A DNA stretch of 64,000 bases from Bdellovibrio sp. Lineage in GTDB: Bacteria > Bdellovibrionota > Bdellovibrionia > Bdellovibrionales > Bdellovibrionaceae. A model generated the notes under the pieces. The model ran no database searches. It saw only the letters and a list, made by a program, of their open reading frames with translations, and was not told the DNA's origin. The translations under genes and the position numbers were made by a program. Positions 33,874 to 42,704 of this stretch are shown here, one piece after another (the stretch's first letter is position 1; each line of letters starts with the position of its first letter). The stretch lies in NCBI GenBank assembly GCA_013360185.1, contig JABWCO010000001.1:2560-66559 (forward strand), in the 5' to 3' direction.

Positions 33874-34497
33874 TTATTCGCAGTAATAAGCATCTTTTCT
33901 TAAGAACGCTTTGCACGAGTTTGAGCTGCAGTAGTAGGCGTCATTTCTGATGAAGGCTTTGCAGTCTCCGGAATCACAGTAATAGGCGTCGTTTCTGATG
34001 AAGGCTTTGCAATCTCCTGAGTCACAGTAATAGGCGTCGTTCCTGATAAAAGCCTTACAATCACCAGTGTCGCAGTAATAGGCATCGTTTCTAATAAAGG
34101 CCTTACAGTCTCCAGATTCACAGTAATAAGCGTCTTTTTTGGCAAAGGCTTTGCAATCCGCAGACTCACAATAATAAGAATCTTTTTTAAGTAATGCTTT
34201 TACGTCACTAGAGTCTGCGTAATAAAAGTCATTTCTGGTCAGAGCCTTACAGTCTCCAGATTCACAGTAATAGCTGTCTTCTTTGACCAGGCCCTTGCAG
34301 TCGGCAGAGCTTAGTTGCGAATTAAAACTGACAGTTGTCTTGTTGGTAAAATCCAAAAGGTTTGTTTGAATCAGATACTGTTTGCTGAACTCTACCTGCT
34401 GGTAAATCGACGCACCTTGTGCCGCACCTGAGTTCAAGATGAAAGCTAACAATGTAAAGGCAAAATATTTTTGGGTGAGCATTTTTAAGTTTCTCAT
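33874..34497 (-). CDS. Secreted protein built of nine tandem 16-residue two-cysteine repeats
   Basis: AAGGAG lies 6 nt before the ATG at 34497. Signal peptide LLAFILNSGAAQGAS. Repeat unit CKAFIRNDAYYCDSGD. Confidence 0.8.
   Translation of the reverse strand: MRNLKMLTQKYFAFTLLAFILNSGAAQGASIYQQVEFSKQYLIQTNLLDFTNKTTVSFNSQLSSADCKGLVKEDSYYCESGDCKALTRNDFYYADSSDVKALLKKDSYYCESADCKAFAKKDAYYCESGDCKAFIRNDAYYCDTGDCKAFIRNDAYYCDSGDCKAFIRNDAYYCDSGDCKAFIRNDAYYCSSNSCKAFLRKDAYYCE
33877..34299 (-). repeat. 48-bp tandem coding repeat (about 9 units)
   Basis: Period-48 units encode C-K-A-(F/L)-x-(R/K)-(N/K)-D-(A/S/F)-Y-Y-C-(D/E/S)-(S/T)-(G/A/N)-(D/S). Units differ mainly at synonymous sites. Confidence 0.9.
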
Positions 34498-34584
34498 GCT
34501 GGGCTCCTTAGTTGTAACTGGTTGCAATTGAACACCAGTGATTACTTTTGCAAAGCCCGCGCCAACAATTTTTGAATACTCGCG

Positions 34585-35262
34585 TTACACGCGCTTAAAA
34601 ACTTCTTTGTGAACTTCCATGGTTAATGCAAACAACCTATTTTCAAGAATAGGACTTAACGAAGTAAATTCGACACCAAATGTCTGGGTCTTTTTTAGTG
34701 CGTCCAGTTGCACATGACGAATGATTCCCTGCACCTCGATCGGCGCACGCATTCCTAGGATTAACTGTCCGGAGATCTCGTCACCAATTTTGAAAGAGGC
34801 TTTGCTCGCCGCACATTGCAGCTTACAGCCTTGGCTGCTTAAATCAGCTAGCTCACAAGCAATTTTCCCCGCCACTGAATTCAAAGAGAAAATCTCAAAC
34901 GAGCCTTTATAGCCTGCGGGAATATGCACGCGATAATTCTGGCGACGTTGCAGATGATACAGCTCCTTGGGTAAAGGAATGACCACGTATTCCTGATTAA
35001 ACTGTGCCTTAGCTTGGAAATAATATTTTTCTCCGCCAATAAACACATAACCGAGATATTCTTCATTCAATACCAAGCGTACGGACGAGTTAAAACGGCA
35101 CTCTAAACTTTTGGTTTTTTCATTGAAGAACAAAGCTTTGATATTGCATAAGTTGTCGTCTTTACCCTTACAAAGAATTTCACTCTTGGTGTCGGCAAGA
35201 TCTTGCCAAAGGCGGATCTTGTCTTCTTCTTTGCTAACTAGCTTGAAGATTTCTTGATCCAT
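34585..35262 (-). CDS. PilZ domain protein (putative c-di-GMP receptor)
   Basis: RRQNYRV (RxxxR) and DLSSQG (DxSxxG) motifs. Its start overlaps the upstream gene end by 25 nt. Confidence 0.8.
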   Translation of the reverse strand: MDQEIFKLVSKEEDKIRLWQDLADTKSEILCKGKDDNLCNIKALFFNEKTKSLECRFNSSVRLVLNEEYLGYVFIGGEKYYFQAKAQFNQEYVVIPLPKELYHLQRRQNYRVHIPAGYKGSFEIFSLNSVAGKIACELADLSSQGCKLQCAASKASFKIGDEISGQLILGMRAPIEVQGIIRHVQLDALKKTQTFGVEFTSLSPILENRLFALTMEVHKEVFKRV

Positions 35263-36137
35263 ACGGTGACCTCATGTTTGTTGTGACGCAAGTGTCGCAC
35301 AGTGGCGTTTTCTAAGGCTTGAAACTTTTTAAGAGTTACAAAGTCAGTAGCGCCTTGAAACTTAATGGTACAAACAAAGTTCTCACAAAGACCGGACTTT
35401 TGCCAAGCCAAAACCAGTTCGAGAAGTTTTTCTGGATAACAAATAATATCAGAAAAAAACCAATCAATCTTGCCGATGTCTTCGGGCTTTACGGTGAAAG
35501 CATTGGTTTTTATAAACTCAATGCGCGGAAGTTTAGCAATGCGGGGCTCAAGTGGTGCGCGATCAATACTGACCACTTCGCAGCCGATCTTTTGTAACAC
35601 CCATGTCCATCCTCCAGGGCAACTGCCGAAATCCACAACTCGTTCCCCAGGCTTGGGCATAATCCCAAAGACGGTGAACAGTTCCCACAGTTTTAAATAA
35701 GCGCGCGAAGGCGGATTGATCTTGTCTTCGTTGAAACGCACTTCGCCCATCGGAAATGGGGAGTCCGTGCGAGGGGATGCGATCAGAGTATTTTTATCAA
35801 TCAAAGTCCACGCGCCCAAATTGTTGTCAGGTAACGGCGCTAAGAAGTCCATAACCCGCGAACGCAGCTTCGGCAGTTGATCTTGAATCAGTTGTGCACG
35901 ACGGTGATGCTCGTAAGTGACAGGTGTCCACAGTTTGCCCAGGTCTTTTAAAGCTTTGGCGGCTTGGGTAATGGACTCGAATGTAATTAATTGTGGATCA
36001 AGCCAAATGTTATGGGCCCACACAGATTCCTGTAAGGGCCCATCAGCTAGGATCAAGTTGCCGTGAGTGGATTTGATATCCTTTAGTTCCTCACGCAGCT
36101 CGGGTAAAAATTGTTCTGTGGTTAGGTAGCCAATCAT
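35238..36137 (-). CDS. RlmM-like SAM-dependent 2'-O-ribose methyltransferase (FtsJ/RrmJ superfamily)
   Basis: GERVVDFGSCPGGWTWVLQKIGCEVVSIDRAPL closely resembles the RlmM SAM-binding block. Confidence 0.7.
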   Translation of the reverse strand: MIGYLTTEQFLPELREELKDIKSTHGNLILADGPLQESVWAHNIWLDPQLITFESITQAAKALKDLGKLWTPVTYEHHRRAQLIQDQLPKLRSRVMDFLAPLPDNNLGAWTLIDKNTLIASPRTDSPFPMGEVRFNEDKINPPSRAYLKLWELFTVFGIMPKPGERVVDFGSCPGGWTWVLQKIGCEVVSIDRAPLEPRIAKLPRIEFIKTNAFTVKPEDIGKIDWFFSDIICYPEKLLELVLAWQKSGLCENFVCTIKFQGATDFVTLKKFQALENATVRHLRHNKHEVTVWIKKSSS

Positions 36138-36155
36138 AAGCCTTTAAGAGGCAGA

Positions 36156-36458
36156 TTATGCTGCACGAGTTGCAACAGCCGGCGTTAGCAAGCCGCGATT
36201 GTTCCAAGTCACCATGCAATCTGCCCAAAATTTTTCTTTGAGTTTGATTTCTGCAGGCCCCATTTTTACTTTTGGAAAGTCCTGTTTGTCAAAGTGTTCA
36301 GTGAATTGCGATTCGTTGCAAGCGCGGACGATTTTCATCATGAGGTTGAAATGCGTTTCAGAGAAAGGCTTATTATCAATAAACATTTTTCTAAGGCCGC
36401 CTTCTGGAGTGTTGTGTAAGAAACTATACAAATTCGGAACGTCGTACTGTTGACTCAT
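36156..36458 (-). CDS. Small hypothetical protein (100 aa)
   Basis: First gene of the three-gene minus-strand cluster. A GGGAG-type RBS precedes the ATG. Confidence 0.55.
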   Translation of the reverse strand: MSQQYDVPNLYSFLHNTPEGGLRKMFIDNKPFSETHFNLMMKIVRACNESQFTEHFDKQDFPKVKMGPAEIKLKEKFWADCMVTWNNRGLLTPAVATRAA

Positions 36459-36600
36459 ATTGAGACTCCCTTTTTGGTTTCATATTTATTATCGGAATCT
36501 CGCGCGGGGACCTTAAATCGCACTCGTAAAATAGCACTTTAAACGTCTAGCATTAGTCCAGCCTCGTTAAGAACTCAGCTGTCGCTCCGATCTGGGTGTT

Positions 36601-37773
36601 ATGAAAACACTCATCTTTGTAATGCTTTTTATGTTTCCTGTTATTGGGCAAGCGATGGCACAGAAGCCGCCGTCACAGCGTGAACCAGCAGTGCCACCCA
36701 CGGCCACGCCTCCGGCGGCGGTAATTCCCCGTGAGCCGGCTTCTTCGACAAATGCATTTAGACCAGAAAACTTCGATGTTTTTAGCGAAGTGGCCTATCC
36801 TGTCGGACTAGGGGTGGATAACAGTTACAAGAATTACCGAGAGCTTTTGCCAGTTCGTCGTGCCCAAGAATCCCACGCTTCCGACCGCTGTGATGTTCAT
36901 CTTGAAGGGAAGGACCGCTTCGCCGATCGCATTGCCTATGCCGTAGATCTAAAGATGCACGCAAGCAAAGCGCAGCTTTCCTACGTGGCATCGTATTTTG
37001 GTTTGAGCTCTGATGTAAATAGCTACGCAGCCAATAGTTTGCTTTCGCATCCGCTCTGCAATGTCACTAGCCAAACGTTAACGACGACCTTGAACGGTAA
37101 AAATATTCCTTCTGCAGCCGTGATTAAAAAAGCCAACGATTTTGCTGATAAAATCAATTCGTACAGAAGAGAAGCCTTTGCTGGCAATCCACAAGGTTAC
37201 GTCAAGGCTGCTAAACTGTGGTCAAAGTATATGATGTGTTTGTCGTATATGGAGTCGTTAACGACCGCAGATTCGGCGAAGGCTCAAAGGGTCGCAGAAA
37301 AATATGCACCAACAGGTTACCGCCGCCCTGCGGGCGTTAACTTTTATGAAGACCCTCATCAGCCTCTAGCATCGCGTTTAAACATTGGCATGTTCCAGTT
37401 TACTCCCGATGCGGGCGGCAATATTCAAGCCTGCCTGCGAGAGTGGAATCAACTTTATCCGCAATGCACGATTGGGACCAAGGCCAGTCAAGCGGATTTG
37501 ATTCGTGTGCTAGGCAGTTCTCTGCAGACTTTTAATGCTTTTTGTGCGGTGGCGAAAGTGACAGGAATGTTTGCGGTGCAAGTCAACACGAGTAAAGCCT
37601 ACAACACACATCCGTACAATGTGAACGGCAATGGCAGCTTAAAAAATGCCAGTGACAGATGCGTTAGTCCCCACATGTCGGTCGGGCGTTCGTACAACCA
37701 CTTTGCCCCATTTCAGAACGGTTCGGGATTTACCTTAGACACGGTTCTCAGTTGCACTTTGGCGGCAGATTAA
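36601..37773 (+). CDS. Secreted hypothetical protein, Pro-rich N-terminus, possible lytic-transglycosylase-like motifs
   Basis: Signal peptide MKTLIFVMLFMFPVIGQAMA. YMESLT...NIGMFQF loosely recalls the ES...GLMQ motifs of SLT enzymes, so the functional call is weak. Confidence 0.7.
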   Translation: MKTLIFVMLFMFPVIGQAMAQKPPSQREPAVPPTATPPAAVIPREPASSTNAFRPENFDVFSEVAYPVGLGVDNSYKNYRELLPVRRAQESHASDRCDVHLEGKDRFADRIAYAVDLKMHASKAQLSYVASYFGLSSDVNSYAANSLLSHPLCNVTSQTLTTTLNGKNIPSAAVIKKANDFADKINSYRREAFAGNPQGYVKAAKLWSKYMMCLSYMESLTTADSAKAQRVAEKYAPTGYRRPAGVNFYEDPHQPLASRLNIGMFQFTPDAGGNIQACLREWNQLYPQCTIGTKASQADLIRVLGSSLQTFNAFCAVAKVTGMFAVQVNTSKAYNTHPYNVNGNGSLKNASDRCVSPHMSVGRSYNHFAPFQNGSGFTLDTVLSCTLAAD

Positions 37774-37777
37774 GAAA

Positions 37778-38320
37778 CTATTTTTCGTCGCCGATTTTTG
37801 TCACGTTTGTTATTAGACGTTCAAGAAGGTGGTTGAGCAAATTTTTATCATTCTGATCAAAGGGTGACCAGAATTCCGTGATACGCACATAGTATTGCGG
37901 CAGTATTTCTTCGCACAGTTTATGTCCTTTTTCGGTCAGAACGATGACAAAAGAACGTCCGTCTTTTTCATGGGTGTTGCGCTTTACCAACTCTGCTTTT
38001 TCTAAGCTGTTGATCAAACCCGAAATTGTGGCTTGGGTAACGCCTACTTTTTGCGCAAGCTCAGAAGGCATTAAGCCATTCGCGGCATGTTGCAAAAGCA
38101 GCATTAAATTGAAACGCCCCGAAGACAAGTTAAAGCGCGAAAAGAATGAATCCAAATTGATTTCTAGATCCGTGGCCATTCTTCTTAAAAGCAAGTGTGA
38201 ATAAAGAGTTTCGTGATCTAAACCGGGATAGAGTTGTGCAGTGTACTCTTTAAGTTGGTCGCGAGTTGGTAATACCGTGTAGAAAAGCTTAGCCAAGATG
38301 CCTCCACTGCATTCGATCAA
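37778..38320 (-). CDS. MarR-family transcriptional regulator
   Basis: Winged-helix block LSSGRFNLMLLLQHAANGLMPSELAQKVGVTQATISGLINSLEKAELVKRNTHEKDGRSFVIVLTEKG. Confidence 0.8.
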   Translation of the reverse strand: MIECSGGILAKLFYTVLPTRDQLKEYTAQLYPGLDHETLYSHLLLRRMATDLEINLDSFFSRFNLSSGRFNLMLLLQHAANGLMPSELAQKVGVTQATISGLINSLEKAELVKRNTHEKDGRSFVIVLTEKGHKLCEEILPQYYVRITEFWSPFDQNDKNLLNHLLERLITNVTKIGDEK

Positions 38321-38498
38321 GATCCGATCATTCTAGGAAACAGGTACACGAAGGGCAAGAAAAAGGACTCAAGCACCACAAAAAAACTTAACTTTCTTGT
38401 TTAGTTTTCATTTGCACAGGAAGAGCGGCACAAATCTGCGCCGGATTGGCCGGCGCAAGATGAAAGGCTCTATTTCTTAAAGACAAAAAAGACGAAAT

Positions 38499-38894
38499 TT
38501 ATTCGACTGTGTAAAGCAAGACCTTTAACGGCTCTTTGTCCGCCAAAGCAGTCTCAAGGCAGGCGCGTGAGGCCTCGAATGAAGAAGAACTTTTGGCACC
38601 AGCAAAAGTCACCAAAAGAGTCCCGTTAATTGCTTCAGCTACCACGGAGCAATTGTTATCAATCATTTTGAAAATGGTTCCTTTTGAAACCGGAGTTTCC
38701 GCACCCGTTGTGAACTTCACAGCGCAAGAAAAGAAAGAACTCGGTTTTGTAATGTCGCTGATAACATTCTTGATGCAGGTTTCGGAAAGATTAAGAAGGT
38801 CTCTTTCAACAGCAATAACGTTGCCCAATTTTTTATCCACAGCTTGTACTGAAAAGCCGATACAAAGAGAAGCTAAAACCAAAAGTACTTTCAT
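38499..38894 (-). CDS. Small secreted hypothetical protein
   Basis: AGGAGG precedes the ATG at 38894. Signal peptide MKVLLVLASLCIGFSVQA. Confidence 0.65.
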   Translation of the reverse strand: MKVLLVLASLCIGFSVQAVDKKLGNVIAVERDLLNLSETCIKNVISDITKPSSFFSCAVKFTTGAETPVSKGTIFKMIDNNCSVVAEAINGTLLVTFAGAKSSSSFEASRACLETALADKEPLKVLLYTVE

Positions 38895-38968
38895 GGGTCC
38901 TCCTAAAGACAGTGATGGCCCTAGCCTTTCACTAATAAGGCCCAGGACCAAGTCTTAAGGCGCTGTGT

Positions 38969-39724
38969 CTAAAGAGGATCTGGAATTGTCAGAACTAAGG
39001 CGCGGTCTTTAAGCACAACCATGGTGTGTTCGAACTGAGCACTGCGAAATTCTTTGCCAGACACCAGTGTCCAGTTGTCCGGCTCTTCATCAACAATGCG
39101 TGCGCCGGTCGATAGAAAGGGTTCAATCGTGATGACTTGACCTTCTTTTAGGACGCGTTTGTCTTTCTTATCATAGTAACCAGCGATAAAGGTCGGCTCT
39201 TCATGCAAACTTTTGCCGACACCATGACTGCCAAGGTTCTCGATGATTGTATAGCCATATTCTTTCGCAACTTTTTCGACATTAAGGCCAATGACGTTGA
39301 TCAGTTCTTTCGCTTTTACCGCGGCAATCGCCGCGTTCAAAGCTTTCTTTGTTGCATCCAACAAACGTACATTCTCTTCTTTTTGCGGGGGTACGATAAA
39401 TGAGCCGCCGTTGTCAGAGTAATACCCGCCGAGTTCTGCGGAAACATCGATATTGATCAAATCTCCGGCTTTTATTTTTTTGTCCGACGGCACGCCGTGG
39501 GCGACTTCATGATTAAGACTGATGCAAGTGTAGCCAGGAAAGTTGTAAACCAACATGGGGCCCGAGCGCGCACCATGAAGCTCCAAATACTTGCCGCCCA
39601 AGTTGTCCAGTTCTTTTGTTGTCATGCCCGGTTCCATGACTCGCGCCATGTATTGCAGGCAGTTAGCGACAACTTTACTGATTCTTTTTAGGCCTTCAAG
39701 GTCTGCTTCGGTCTTTACGATCAT
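38969..39724 (-). CDS. map: Type I methionine aminopeptidase
   Basis: SLNHEVAHGVP, DLINIDVSAE, GHGVGKSLHEEP, ITIEPF and FEHTMVV (metal-ligand contexts). Confidence 0.92.
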   Translation of the reverse strand: MIVKTEADLEGLKRISKVVANCLQYMARVMEPGMTTKELDNLGGKYLELHGARSGPMLVYNFPGYTCISLNHEVAHGVPSDKKIKAGDLINIDVSAELGGYYSDNGGSFIVPPQKEENVRLLDATKKALNAAIAAVKAKELINVIGLNVEKVAKEYGYTIIENLGSHGVGKSLHEEPTFIAGYYDKKDKRVLKEGQVITIEPFLSTGARIVDEEPDNWTLVSGKEFRSAQFEHTMVVLKDRALVLTIPDPL

Positions 39725-39749
39725 AGAAGCTGGTTATACACTGAGAAAG

Positions 39750-40613
39750 ATGAAAAAAGCCACCTCTCCCGTTTATATTTTCAAAAAAAGAACCGCCGCA
39801 AAGTTTTTGCCTCAAGTTTCCATCACGGATAATAAGGCCACACGGGGGCGCAGCTTGATTTTAGCAGGCAGCCCCGACTATCCGGGGGCTGGCATCCTTT
39901 CAGCCCAGGGGGCGCAACGGATGGGCAGTGGTTATGTGATCTTGGCGCAAAAAAGTATTCCCGCAGCCTTGCTAGAACATCCTGATTTTTTACTCGCTGA
40001 TCTAAATAAGAAATCTTGGCGTGAAATTCCCTGCGACGCTATTTTGATTGGGCCTGGTTTTGGTGTGACTAAAGACACGGCGAAAATTATTCGTGAATTA
40101 AAGGCAGCCAATAAAGAAAAAGTGGTGATCGATGCGGATGCGCTTACGGTGTGCGCCAACGAAGATCTTTTCCCTTTGCCGGCCACGTGGATTGCCACTC
40201 CCCATGTCGGTGAACTTGCGCGCTGTTTGAAAATTTCTAGTGAAGAAATCAATGCCGACCGCGCAGCGGCCATTTTAAAAGCTCAAGTGCATTTTGGCTG
40301 TGTGGTTTTGCTCAAAGGTCATGGGACTCTCGTTATCAATCAAAAAAGAATTTATTCTGTCGCTTCCGGGAACTCCGCCTTAGCCAAAGCCGGGACCGGG
40401 GATGTTTTAGCTGGTATGATTACGGCTTTACGGGCGCAGGGGATGCCGGCCACCCGGGCCGCCCTCTTGGGAGCCTATGTACATGGGGCGACGGCGAGTT
40501 TATGGCACTCTCAAAAGCGCGATTTGCTGGCGATGACGGCCTTGGATGTTTTGCAGGCAATTCCTCGCGTTCTCTATCTGCTGCGTCGTCTTAATGAAAA
40601 AACTTCTCAGTAA
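39750..40613 (+). CDS. nnrD: ADP-dependent NAD(P)H-hydrate dehydratase (YjeF C-terminal family)
   Basis: NKATRGRSLILAGSPDYPGAGILSAQGAQRMGSGYV and AKAGTGDVLAGMI. I chose the ATG at 39750 because the longer ORF overlaps map. Confidence 0.85.
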   Translation: MKKATSPVYIFKKRTAAKFLPQVSITDNKATRGRSLILAGSPDYPGAGILSAQGAQRMGSGYVILAQKSIPAALLEHPDFLLADLNKKSWREIPCDAILIGPGFGVTKDTAKIIRELKAANKEKVVIDADALTVCANEDLFPLPATWIATPHVGELARCLKISSEEINADRAAAILKAQVHFGCVVLLKGHGTLVINQKRIYSVASGNSALAKAGTGDVLAGMITALRAQGMPATRAALLGAYVHGATASLWHSQKRDLLAMTALDVLQAIPRVLYLLRRLNEKTSQ

Positions 40614-40686
40614 CTTCTCTGACTGAACCTTGACTATCTTTTTCCCGAACGGGCAGGTACAAACTCTCGGAAATAGGGAGATATTC

Positions 40687-41643
40687 ATGAAAATGGTGCT
40701 TTTCATTGCGTCTTTAATTTGTGGGGGATTTGCGGCTCAGGCGCAAAGTTCTTCAACGGCAATTTCTTTACCGGCAGCAACCTCTGGCACGGCAGTCGCT
40801 TCTTCTGAAACAACGTCGGTATTAAAAGTTGAACAAGTTTTGCAAAACAAAAAATTCGAAGACGACAAAAACATCACTGATTCAAAATTAAAAGCTGAGT
40901 CCGGATCATTGTCTCGTTACTCTTTAAAATTCGCTCTTTCCTACTACGGTCCTCCGATCGGTGATCTTTCAAACGAAAAGCAACCAAATCCAGATGGTTC
41001 GATTGGTAACAATGATACCTCACTCAGTGGTTCTATTGGCGGCCGTTATCGCTTCGACAGTCGCAGTGCTGTCAGTGTTGGAACCGGAATCAGCTCATTG
41101 ACGCCATTTCATGGCTCAAAACGCACGGATGTTAAAACTCCATTCATTAGCTATGATTTGAATTCTCGTTTACAAAACGTGCAGATGCGCAACTCTTACG
41201 GTCTTTCAGTCACAACAGTGAAAGAATATTTAGATGTTGGTCAGTACGGGACTTTAAGCTACGACAACAACTTGGTTTACAATTTGGGCAACTCTGGCTT
41301 TGCCGTGGGTCTTGATACGGGGCTCAGTGTTTTTCTTTACAATCGGGATTATGAAAAAGCCGATCGCACAGCAGGTCGGTATTTTGTGGGATTCTATCCA
41401 CAAATGAAATACAACTTTACTGACAAGTTGAGTGCTTACACTTCATTGGCTATTGGCTTCACAAATCCACGGGCTTTAGATGATGAATGGGCGATGCTGA
41501 ATAGAACAATGACGGGCCGTTTAGGAGCAGGTTATGCTTTTACTCGCGATATCTATTTTTCGACCTTCTTGAATTTCTATCCGAAAGAACTAAAAACTGA
41601 TTCTACGACGGTCAGCTTTTCTACTGTCTTCTCGATTCTTTAA
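40687..41643 (+). CDS. Putative outer-membrane beta-barrel protein
   Basis: Signal peptide MKMVLFIASLICGGFAAQA. Alternating Gly/Ser/Tyr-rich beta-strand-like segments. The functional call is weak. Confidence 0.7.
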   Translation: MKMVLFIASLICGGFAAQAQSSSTAISLPAATSGTAVASSETTSVLKVEQVLQNKKFEDDKNITDSKLKAESGSLSRYSLKFALSYYGPPIGDLSNEKQPNPDGSIGNNDTSLSGSIGGRYRFDSRSAVSVGTGISSLTPFHGSKRTDVKTPFISYDLNSRLQNVQMRNSYGLSVTTVKEYLDVGQYGTLSYDNNLVYNLGNSGFAVGLDTGLSVFLYNRDYEKADRTAGRYFVGFYPQMKYNFTDKLSAYTSLAIGFTNPRALDDEWAMLNRTMTGRLGAGYAFTRDIYFSTFLNFYPKELKTDSTTVSFSTVFSIL

Positions 41644-41683
41644 GATAAATAAAACTTTGCAGCACATCCTAAAAAATCAAAAA

Positions 41684-41712
41684 CCAGAGCTCCTTGAAGG
41701 CTCTGGTTTTTT
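41684..41712. terminator. Rho-independent terminator (usable from both strands)
   Basis: Stem ccagagc/gctctgg with a T6 run 3' and an A-run 5'. Confidence 0.75.
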
Positions 41713-41740
41713 CGTTTAGTACCTATCTAGATCGGTTATT

Positions 41741-41830
41741 TCAAGGTGGACCCGTCTCCAGATTTAGATTCAATTCACGAATCTCCGTTGTAAGAACAAG
41801 TTCGTGACGTACTATTTTAGGCTTAGCCAT
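41741..41830 (-). CDS. Candidate unannotated small ORF (29 aa: MAKPKIVRHELVLTTEIRELNLNLETGPP)
   Basis: AAAGGAG lies 6 nt before the ATG. An exact GCCGATAA box lies 30 nt further upstream and a terminator hairpin lies downstream. It falls below the ORF-track length cutoff. Confidence 0.35.
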   Translation of the reverse strand: MAKPKIVRHELVLTTEIRELNLNLETGPP

Positions 41831-41860
41831 TCAAGGCTCCTTTCCATCAAGGTAGTAAAC

Positions 41861-41887
41861 TTATCGGCTAGACCTTTGGATAGTTGA
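41861..41887 (-). promoter_or_regulatory. Candidate sigma28-type promoter for the 29-codon ORF
   Basis: Minus strand reads TCAACTAT (5/8), N11, GCCGATAA (8/8). Confidence 0.35.
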
Positions 41888-42036
41888 GGCCCGGGACGCA
41901 TTTTTTTAAAAGAATTTTCAGTCTAAAAATGGAACAAGCTAAGTTCACTGAACTCGTGGTGGTTCAAGCTGTTTGCTTAAAATTTGATCTGTGGTTTGAG
42001 ACAAGACATCTTTTGAATTTAGGTTTTCTAAGAAAG

Positions 42037-42630
42037 CTACTTCACAACCCCGCGAACACGTTCTAATAGATTCAGCATCATTAAATATGTTAAACCCCAT
42101 AAAGGCGGGTCGCGGTCTAAGTGGATTGCTGGCAGCTGCAGAAAGCCTGCATCGCGTGGAGCTTTGAAAACTGTCTGGCGTTTTGGATCTTGGATGTTTT
42201 TAATGGGTACCCAGAAGAAATCGGCAACTTCTGCGGGATCCAAGGTGATCAAGAAATCGCGCTGTGTATAGAACACAAAAGGACGAATATAAAAATCTAA
42301 AAGCTGTCCGGCCTTGCGCGCTTGAATATCGTCTAAGCGTCCTAATAGTTCCTCCGGCTGAAGTTCTGCGCCGACTTCTTCTTTGGTTTCTCGCAAGGCA
42401 ACGTGCAAGTCTGAGGGGTCCGTTTCTTCACGTTTGCCACCAGGAAAAGCAATCTGTCCGGACCATCGATCATTAGGATTTAAAGCGCGCTGAATAAAAC
42501 CCACCTCTAAATTATCAAGATCGGTTCCCTTAAGAATAATCGCGACACAAGCATACCGTTCGAGCTTGTTTTGCAAGTCCGTTGACTGAGGCGTAAAAAA
42601 AAGAGTAGGTAACAATGTTTTTAAGCTCAT
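42037..42630 (-). CDS. Nudix hydrolase (CoA pyrophosphatase-like)
   Basis: Nudix box GQIAFPGGKREETDPSDLHVALRETKEEVG. Confidence 0.85.
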   Translation of the reverse strand: MSLKTLLPTLFFTPQSTDLQNKLERYACVAIILKGTDLDNLEVGFIQRALNPNDRWSGQIAFPGGKREETDPSDLHVALRETKEEVGAELQPEELLGRLDDIQARKAGQLLDFYIRPFVFYTQRDFLITLDPAEVADFFWVPIKNIQDPKRQTVFKAPRDAGFLQLPAIHLDRDPPLWGLTYLMMLNLLERVRGVVK

Positions 42631-42704
42631 AGAGTTCGTCGATGCAGTATAACACAGGGGTATTGCCCCTAACTTAGATTTCTACCTCGCATTTAGTGCG
42701 CGGA

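Noticed and set aside
33877-34299. The 48-bp tandem repeat array could be mistaken for a CRISPR array or for a multi-core RiPP precursor.
   Set aside because: The units are contiguous with no spacers and lie in one long reading frame behind a signal peptide. There are no cas genes and no peptide-modifying or protease genes adjacent. A coding structural repeat is the simpler reading.
39591-39749. An N-terminal extension of the nnrD ORF would start at 39591.
   Set aside because: The extension overlaps the 5' end of map on the opposite strand and encodes low-complexity sequence. The conserved domain begins right after the ATG at 39750.
41884-42066. A 60-aa plus-strand ORF lies in the 390-bp gap and overlaps the Nudix gene 3' end.
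   Set aside because: It has a TTG start without an RBS and the internal ATG also lacks an RBS. It overlaps a supported gene.
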